A DNA stretch of 29,233 nucleotides from a virus: IMG/VR virus record IMGVR_UViG_3300027933_000004; one strand, given 5' to 3'. Below are positions 24,362 through 29,233 of the stretch, piece after piece. The number at the start of each line of letters is the position of its first letter. Positions within the stretch are counted from its first letter, which is position 1. The notes below the pieces were generated by a model. The model ran no database searches and had not been told where the DNA came from. It saw only the letters and a program-made list of their open reading frames with translations. Position numbers and translations under genes: made by a program.

Positions 24362-25555
24362 ATGGAATTTAAAAGGCTAAGTTCAGGCATAATAAAAAGT
24401 TTTAGCTCATTGGACATTTTTTCTATAAATCTTCTTTACATGGGCATTATAAGCGGTATAAGTTACCCGCTTTTCGTTTCAAGTCTGTTAAAATTTGTAA
24501 ATCTATTATTCGCAGTTTTAATAGCATCAGCTTTTGAAATTCCGCTTTTAATAATGTATTACATTCTAACTAAAAAAATGCCGATAAATGGTGGAGATTA
24601 CGCTTATATTCGCTCAACATTTTCACCGAAATTTTACACAGTTTTTGGAATTTCACTATGGCTAGTTTATGTATTTTCAGCCCCAGTATTATCAAACCTT
24701 GTATTGTTAAATTTCAATATTCCAATATTTGATAAGTTTTTAATTTCAGAACTATTATTTGGAACTGCGTTACTCAGCGTTAGCAAAAAAACAATTTATG
24801 CCTATATTGTTGATGCTATTGCAATTTTACAGATAATTGTTTCGTTAATCTTGCCAATTTCAAGTTTTCACTTTATGTCTGAAACTTTCACATTACAAAA
24901 TACTTTACTTTCAGCGTTATTATTTGATTTGGCCATGTTTCTTTTTCTAAATGCAATAAGCTACATAGCCGGAGAGATAAAAAACATAAGCAAAAATGCG
25001 AAAATTGGATATTTTGCAAGTTATTTAGTAGTTACTGTGTTAGCAGTATTAGACAGTTATTCAAATTTAAATATATTATTTCTGTTAATGCCGTTATGGT
25101 TTATGAGTTATATTTTTGTCACTTCTATGATACAAAGTCGTTTAGTGCAAAATTTAGCATTTGATAGAATTTTACCTGAGAAATTTGCGAAGATAGCTCC
25201 TAACGCACTTCTATTAATCTTTGTCGCCGATACAATTGCAAATATCTTAGAAAATCTATTTAACTTTTCAATTTCTTTCGGATTTGACGGTCTATTATTT
25301 ATTTTCTGGAACTTTATAATTGTCAGCTTAGCATTTCTGAAATTAACAAATAACAAATTGGTATTTTCAGCCGTGCTAATTAGCTTAGCCCTGCAAATTG
25401 CATTATTCTTTTATCTTGGAATACAAAACACAACATTCTATAACTTCGTAATCCAGGGGAACATAATATACGTAATAATAAGGATATTAATAATGCCACT
25501 TGTAGGCACAGTTATTTATCTGTCACGGAGAAAAACGATAAATGCCGATCTCTAA
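24362..25555 (+). CDS. APC-superfamily permease-like polytopic membrane protein (397 aa)
   Basis: N-terminal FKRLSS..LDIFSINLLYMGIISG and MPINGGDYAYI match the amino-acid/polyamine permease TM1 pattern and the P-x-x-G-G-x-Y-x-Y loop. About 10-11 hydrophobic segments. Confidence 0.8.
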   Translation: MEFKRLSSGIIKSFSSLDIFSINLLYMGIISGISYPLFVSSLLKFVNLLFAVLIASAFEIPLLIMYYILTKKMPINGGDYAYIRSTFSPKFYTVFGISLWLVYVFSAPVLSNLVLLNFNIPIFDKFLISELLFGTALLSVSKKTIYAYIVDAIAILQIIVSLILPISSFHFMSETFTLQNTLLSALLFDLAMFLFLNAISYIAGEIKNISKNAKIGYFASYLVVTVLAVLDSYSNLNILFLLMPLWFMSYIFVTSMIQSRLVQNLAFDRILPEKFAKIAPNALLLIFVADTIANILENLFNFSISFGFDGLLFIFWNFIIVSLAFLKLTNNKLVFSAVLISLALQIALFFYLGIQNTTFYNFVIQGNIIYVIIRILIMPLVGTVIYLSRRKTINADL

Positions 25556-26445
25556 TGAAGCTAATATTTGGAGTTAATGTTACAACTAGTTATCTTTTTG
25601 AAACCAACTTCCCAGTTTTAGTAAACCAACTAAAACTAAAGCAAATAAATTGGAAAAATGAGACTTGGATAGATAGCGGAGGCTACCAAATTGCGTCACA
25701 CGGACTAAAAATTTCTGTAAATGATGTTCTGCAAAAGTATAAAAGCGTTAATGCTTATGCTTTCTTTTCGCTGGACATACCAAGTATTTTTTCACCACTT
25801 AACAAAAGAAATTTTCAATACTTTGAATATCTTTACGAGAAGATGGAATGGATTGAAAAAATTATCCCGGTCTTACATCTTTATCCAATTCAAGAAGTTG
25901 ATGAAGCTATTGATTTCTATAAACAATACAGTTACTATTTTGCAATTGGAGGCTTAATCACATCCAGCAAAATGAAAATTCTAATTTATACATTTCCGTG
26001 GGTCTATTATCTAAGAAGAAAAGTTCCGTATTTACACGTTTTAGGCATGCCGGCTCCATATTTCCTGCAGACGTTTAATTTTGCCGAGAGTATGGATACG
26101 GCAACTTATAGCAAAACAGCCGCATTTAGAGAAATATTTTGGTTTAATGGAACTAGAAGATATGTAGGAAAACGAAAAGCAAAGAGAATAACTAGAGAAG
26201 AAAAAGAACAATTATTTGAATTTTTGGATAAACATAACTTTCCATTCGTCTATGATTTAAGTAATTTCAAAATTCTAGAACTTATAAATGCGTATATGTT
26301 ACTGTATAACAACTGGAGAATTAAGAATAAGTATACAGAATATGCTAAAAAATTAAGAGGAATGGGATTTGATAGTTTAGCAAGCGAGTTAATTAGAAAT
26401 TATAAGATTGCAAATGGAATATTAAAACAGAAACGAGAAAAATAG
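25555..26445 (+). CDS. Minimal TGT/DpdA-like (queuine/archaeosine) transglycosylase-fold protein (296 aa)
   Basis: WIDSGGYQI (TGT DSGGFQ), FAIGGLITS (TGT AIGGLSVGE) and YLHVLGMPAP...ESMDTATYSK (TGT LMGVGTP...DMFDCV). There are no Cys residues at all, so no TGT zinc site. The start overlaps the permease stop (taATGa). Confidence 0.8.
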   Translation: MKLIFGVNVTTSYLFETNFPVLVNQLKLKQINWKNETWIDSGGYQIASHGLKISVNDVLQKYKSVNAYAFFSLDIPSIFSPLNKRNFQYFEYLYEKMEWIEKIIPVLHLYPIQEVDEAIDFYKQYSYYFAIGGLITSSKMKILIYTFPWVYYLRRKVPYLHVLGMPAPYFLQTFNFAESMDTATYSKTAAFREIFWFNGTRRYVGKRKAKRITREEKEQLFEFLDKHNFPFVYDLSNFKILELINAYMLLYNNWRIKNKYTEYAKKLRGMGFDSLASELIRNYKIANGILKQKREK

Positions 26446-26458
26446 TGCATAAAAAAAA

Positions 26459-26680
26459 TTATTGAAATTGTTGAGAATTTATGAGTTGAGAAAAAAGGTT
26501 TTGTGCATATTTAGAGTCGTGCCCGTGATAATAAAAGTTTCTGTCTTTGCCATCAGCAACAAAAACCCCCCATCTGGAGGAAGAACAGCAATTACACTTA
26601 GCCAGAACTATATTATTTTGAATTTTAATTTGCTGAAAGTTATGGAATTGTATGCCAATTATGTATAACACTTTTCTCAC
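26459..26680 (-). CDS. Right-arm cassette ORF (73 aa, GTG start), hypothetical
   Basis: BRE/TATA box 23 nt upstream. TAA is followed by T8. There is no internal Met, so a GTG start is needed. Confidence 0.5.
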   Translation of the reverse strand: MRKVLYIIGIQFHNFQQIKIQNNIVLAKCNCCSSSRWGVFVADGKDRNFYYHGHDSKYAQNLFSQLINSQQFQ

Positions 26681-26703
26681 TACTTATAACTATGTAAACA
26701 GTT

Positions 26704-26722
26704 ATATTTAAAGCTTTCTCTA
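26704..26722 (-). promoter_or_regulatory. Cassette promoter (reverse complement tagagaaagctttaaatat), copy 1
   Basis: Identical 19-mer at 27203-27221. The TATA lies 23 nt from the start at 26680. Confidence 0.6.
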
Positions 26723-26821
26723 AGTTTTTACGTTTGTAGCTCATGACAGTTAAGTAATATTATTACAAACTTGAGACAAATAGACGATAAAAATAAGAGA
26801 AGTAAAAAATGAGAACAAAAT

Positions 26822-26839
26822 AAGAAAAATAAAAAATAA
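26822..26839 (-). terminator. Oligo-T terminator directly after the TAA of the 112-aa ORF
   Basis: The reverse complement reads TAA-ttattttttatttttctta. Confidence 0.55.
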
Positions 26840-27178
26840 TTATGAACGGAAAATTGTCATATGTTGCCTCCACCAGCCGTGGGGGAGGAGAAAATATTTT
26901 CCTCCTCCACTATCATAGACAGACATAAGTGAGCTTTGAATGATAGACTTAACTTCCTCATCCGGGGAGTCCAACTCGGGCTCCCCGACAAATAACCATT
27001 CCCAGTGCGGGCAATCCCGCACCTGGGTGATTACGCTGTACCCTTCCCAGCTTTCAAATACTGTAGCCAACATTTGGCTACAGGAAGGGCAAACAAGGCG
27101 ATTATATCGTCTGTCGCCCTCCCATCTTCCCTTCTGGTAGAAGGGTTTTGAGGAATTTACTTCTGCCACCTTTTCCAC
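26840..27178 (-). CDS. GC-rich foreign-looking ORF: Trp-rich protein with a CxxC...CxH putative Zn-ribbon (112 aa, GTG start)
   Basis: CPSC at residues 30-33 and CPHW at 56-59. There are 55 G+C in 26941-27040 against 26 in 17001-17100. A cassette promoter lies 24 nt upstream. Confidence 0.6.
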   Translation of the reverse strand: MEKVAEVNSSKPFYQKGRWEGDRRYNRLVCPSCSQMLATVFESWEGYSVITQVRDCPHWEWLFVGEPELDSPDEEVKSIIQSSLMSVYDSGGGKYFLLPHGWWRQHMTIFRS

Positions 27179-27202
27179 CTGTACTAATCTATGTCTAAAC
27201 TC

Positions 27203-27221
27203 ATATTTAAAGCTTTCTCTA
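27203..27221 (-). promoter_or_regulatory. Cassette promoter, copy 2
   Basis: Same 19-mer as 26704-26722, and the flanks are also similar (ctatgt..aaac..atatttaaagctttctcta..ttttta). Confidence 0.6.
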
Positions 27222-27365
27222 TCTTTTTATTTCTCTATCTTTTGCGTTTTTGTATTTAGTGTTATATCGTTAAGCCAATGAGACGTTATAAAATAATAAC
27301 AATCGAAATATTAAAACTGGCCTGAGAAAAATGATTGATAAAAAATAGGTAGAATAAATTAAATG

Positions 27366-27388
27366 CGAAAAAAAGTAGTAATAAAAAA
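27366..27388 (-). terminator. Oligo-T terminator after the TAA of the 64-aa ORF
   Basis: The reverse complement reads TAA-ttttttattactactttttttcgc. Confidence 0.5.
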
Positions 27389-27583
27389 TTATTCTGTTAT
27401 CCACCTGGTTCCGGAAAAAACAAAAACCCGGAACCTTTCGCCTTCCTTAATACTTATAAACGCCCCCGCTTGAAGCGGGGTGACTTCATAAAAACCAGAA
27501 AATATTTCTGTTACAACTACATCTTCACACCTAATTATTGGTGTGAAGATATATAGATCCTTCTCGCTGATATACCAGTCCAT
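27389..27583 (-). CDS. Right-arm cassette ORF (64 aa), beta-rich hypothetical
   Basis: The ATG lies 22 nt after TATA 27606-27614, and TAA is followed by a T-run. The 3' half is GC-rich (47 G+C in 27401-27500) and contains two perfect hairpins. Confidence 0.55.
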   Translation of the reverse strand: MDWYISEKDLYIFTPIIRCEDVVVTEIFSGFYEVTPLQAGAFISIKEGERFRVFVFSGTRWITE

Positions 27584-27605
27584 GTCTATACTTTTGTAAA
27601 AACAA

Positions 27606-27622
27606 ATATATAAATCTTTCGC
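27606..27622 (-). promoter_or_regulatory. BRE/TATA promoter (reverse complement gcgaaagatttatatat)
   Basis: Same 17-mer as 9794-9810. Confidence 0.55.
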
Positions 27623-27668
27623 CTGACTTACAATTTAGACAGTCAACTTAAAAAATAGACCGAATAAG

Positions 27669-27678
27669 TTAAATATAA
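27669..27678 (+). promoter_or_regulatory. TATA box for the 48-aa ORF
   Basis: ttaaatataa lies 22 nt upstream of ATG 27701. Confidence 0.5.
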
Positions 27679-27700
27679 CTTCTGTAAGAAGTTTATACAT

Positions 27701-27847
27701 ATGAGAATTGTTGAGGACAAGGATGGAGAAAGATTTCTGGAGTTCGAGAGTAAGGAGGATTTAGAAGAGTTTAGGAAGATGTTGATTGAGGCTTATTATG
27801 AGCTTAATGAAAATAGGAAAAAACAAACTAAAAGCACAAGAAAATAA
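27701..27847 (+). CDS. Small acidic protein (48 aa), paralogue of 10087..10200; not in the ORF track
   Basis: My manual translation is MRIVEDKDGERFLEFESKEDLEEFRKMLIEAYYELNENRKKQTKSTRK*. The TATA sits at leaderless spacing. Purine-rich, with 39 G+C in its first 100 nt. Confidence 0.55.
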   Translation: MRIVEDKDGERFLEFESKEDLEEFRKMLIEAYYELNENRKKQTKSTRK

Positions 27848-27879
27848 AAAATAAAAAATAAAAATAAAAAATTATTGCT
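27848..27879 (-). terminator. T-rich region (minus strand) downstream of the right terminal gene
   Basis: The plus strand reads aaaataaaaaataaaaataaaaaatt, which gives repeated T5-6 runs on the minus strand, 9 nt after the TAA at 27880-27882. Confidence 0.5.
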
Positions 27880-28137
27880 TTAAGAAAATCTGGTATTTAT
27901 TATGCTTACCAACTGCAGCAAAAACGTCTTAAATTGCCACGTCACTTTTTCGTCTTTCCTTAACTCTAATAATCTTTTGATATAACTATCCAAACTTTCA
28001 TTTTCTTCTGGAATTAGTTTCCATTTGCAATACCATTCTTCTTGGTTATTCTTCGGCGTGTAATTTTGAATTAACGGAATAATTTCTTGCTTTAAGAATT
28101 CTTGAAACTCCTCACTCACCTTTTCCTCCTCTACCAT
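27880..28137 (-). CDS. Right terminal hypothetical protein (85 aa)
   Basis: Starts 27 nt inside ITR-R. It shares the promoter and the first 9 codons (MVEEEKVSE) with the left terminal gene, then diverges completely. Confidence 0.65.
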   Translation of the reverse strand: MVEEEKVSEEFQEFLKQEIIPLIQNYTPKNNQEEWYCKWKLIPEENESLDSYIKRLLELRKDEKVTWQFKTFLLQLVSIINTRFS

Positions 28138-29233
28138 ATCTATGCATCTCCTAACTTATAAACTTTTCTGCATCTTTGTATATTTGCACTTTTATTTTTC
28201 CAACAGTATTATTTTCGCCTCTCCACCATTTTACCCTTTAACTTGCAAAAATATTTTAAATCATTTCTCTTCTTTTTCTCTTTGCAACTAATATTTCCGA
28301 ATGAACATGCTGTATACAACACTGTATACTCCGGAGAAATATCTCTGGCGGGTTTGCCGTGTAAATTATAACTATTAACTACTAACTAGCTAACTACGCA
28401 ATATTACAATATAGCAATATAACAACTAACTAACTAGTAAGTTAATAGTTATATAATATAGTAGTTGTATAGTTGTATAATATAAAATAATAAGAAGAAA
28501 GATAATGCAGACTCCGAATATATGCTTTCTTCTGGTGATATTTAAATCTTTCTTCATAACCTTCCAATTTTGCAAGCGTGAAGCTGAAAAAATTGGATAA
28601 AAAATTCAAAGCTGCAACTTTGGAAAGATGAAAGTATATAAATGTTTTGTTCTAAACTTCCAATTTCAGCACCGCCAACTGAAAAAAATTGGCGAGAATG
28701 AAAACGGAAAACAGAATAATGTAACTTATAATATGTTTAGTAACTAAAAGCTTACAATTAGGAGTGGACTTTTTTCTAATTAATAGTTATATAGTTCCCA
28801 ATTAATATATTCACAACATGTAGAATTAGTTGTAACTTACAAGTTTACAATAATATAACTTTATCTAGCAATATGACAGATTATTTGTAACTTACAATTT
28901 AACAACTTATTAGCTTTATTTAGTAAATTGCACGAAATGATAGATTATTTGTAAGTTAGGAATTTACAATTTATACTGTTTTTCAAGATAATAACGCAAA
29001 ATGATAGAATATTTGGAAGTTACAATTTATCAACTTTATTGCGAAATTTACGCAAAATGACAGATTAATTGGAATTTCCAATTTCTCAATTTACCCGTGA
29101 AAAAAACTTAATTTACGAAAAAAACGCAAAATATTGGAATTTCCAATTTCTCAACTTTCTCGCGAAATTTTCCCAAAAAACGATAAAAACCGCAATTGCT
29201 TAGCCAGGATTTTGCAATTGCAGAGCCCTAGCT
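28111..29233. repeat. Right inverted terminal repeat (ITR-R)
   Basis: Reverse complement of 1..1123. Divergence begins at 28110 (left reads aaggaag, right reverse complement reads gagtttc). Confidence 0.97.

Larger units (their letters stand above)
1..29233. other. Complete linear rudivirus (SIRV-like) genome
   Basis: Both ends are perfect inverted repeats. The gene set matches Rudiviridae: 134-aa MCP, SvtR, Rep, Hjc, P1070/P564/P488 homologues. No host flanks and no integrase. Confidence 0.9.

Noticed and set aside
25108-25356. 82-aa minus-strand ORF
   Set aside because: It is antisense inside the permease gene.
25721-25957. 78-aa plus-strand ORF
   Set aside because: It is an alternative frame inside the TGT-like gene, and the TGT frame carries the family motifs.
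26462-26668. 68-aa plus-strand ORF
   Set aside because: The opposite strand has the cassette promoter at the right spacing and a TAA+T8 terminator. This frame has neither.
26459-26680. GHDS motif (YHGHDSKYAQNLF) in the 73-aa ORF, reminiscent of the catalytic IGHDST box of DUF1874/AcrIII-1
   Set aside because: The ORF ends about 20 aa after the motif, so the second half of the DUF1874 fold would be missing. The N-terminal similarity is weak. At best it is a decayed remnant, and an HMM search is needed before any claim.
26940-27140. 66-aa plus-strand ORF in the GC-rich island
   Set aside because: It is antisense to the 112-aa ORF, which has the promoter and terminator. The product is S/T/Q-rich and low-complexity.
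27838-27872. A-rich periodic tract (aaaaat)n as a possible tandem repeat or CRISPR-like element
   Set aside because: It is simple homopolymer-rich terminator DNA (T-runs on the minus strand) with no repeat-spacer structure. I saw no CRISPR array anywhere in the window.
1-29233. Provirus, integrated element, tRNA genes or a dUTPase gene
   Set aside because: I found no integrase or att-like structure, no tRNA-like cloverleaf candidates and no dUTPase motifs in any ORF. The symmetric ITRs show a free linear genome.

Overview
This 29,233-bp window is a complete linear dsDNA genome of a rod-shaped crenarchaeal virus of the family Rudiviridae (SIRV-like). It has perfect 1,123-bp inverted terminal repeats (ITRs), low GC content (I counted 26 G+C in the 100-nt sample 17001-17100) and about 42 tightly packed genes. 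I recognise the rudiviral core by motif and from memory of SIRV1/SIRV2 proteins. It comprises the 134-aa major capsid protein, SvtR (a 53-aa ribbon-helix-helix (RHH) repressor missing from the supplied ORF track), the HUH Rep, and the SSB / annealing-ATPase / Cas4-like nuclease operon. It also includes the Hjc-type resolvase, the P98-like egress-pyramid protein, homologues of the P1070, P564 and P488 minor structural proteins, glycosyltransferases and a SAM methyltransferase. Most genes sit behind a virus-specific promoter grammar of TATA box, GTC, about 19 nt, then the start codon, which implies leaderless mRNAs. The items most worth a second look are: (1) a minimal ATP-dependent ligase-like nucleotidyltransferase inserted between the two large structural genes; (2) a cysteine-free minimal TGT/DpdA-like transglycosylase translationally coupled to an APC-type permease; (3) a Csx16/VVA1548-like small protein that could be a ring-nuclease anti-CRISPR; (4) a right-arm array of promoter-ORF-terminator cassettes that includes a GC-rich island (55% GC against 26% in a 100-nt core-gene sample) encoding a Zn-ribbon-like protein; (5) a pair of unannotated 37/48-aa paralogues; (6) a highly structured ITR whose inner edge lies inside both terminal genes. 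I saw no tRNA, rRNA, CRISPR array, integrase or dUTPase motifs. All family assignments come from motif reading and memory, not database searches.
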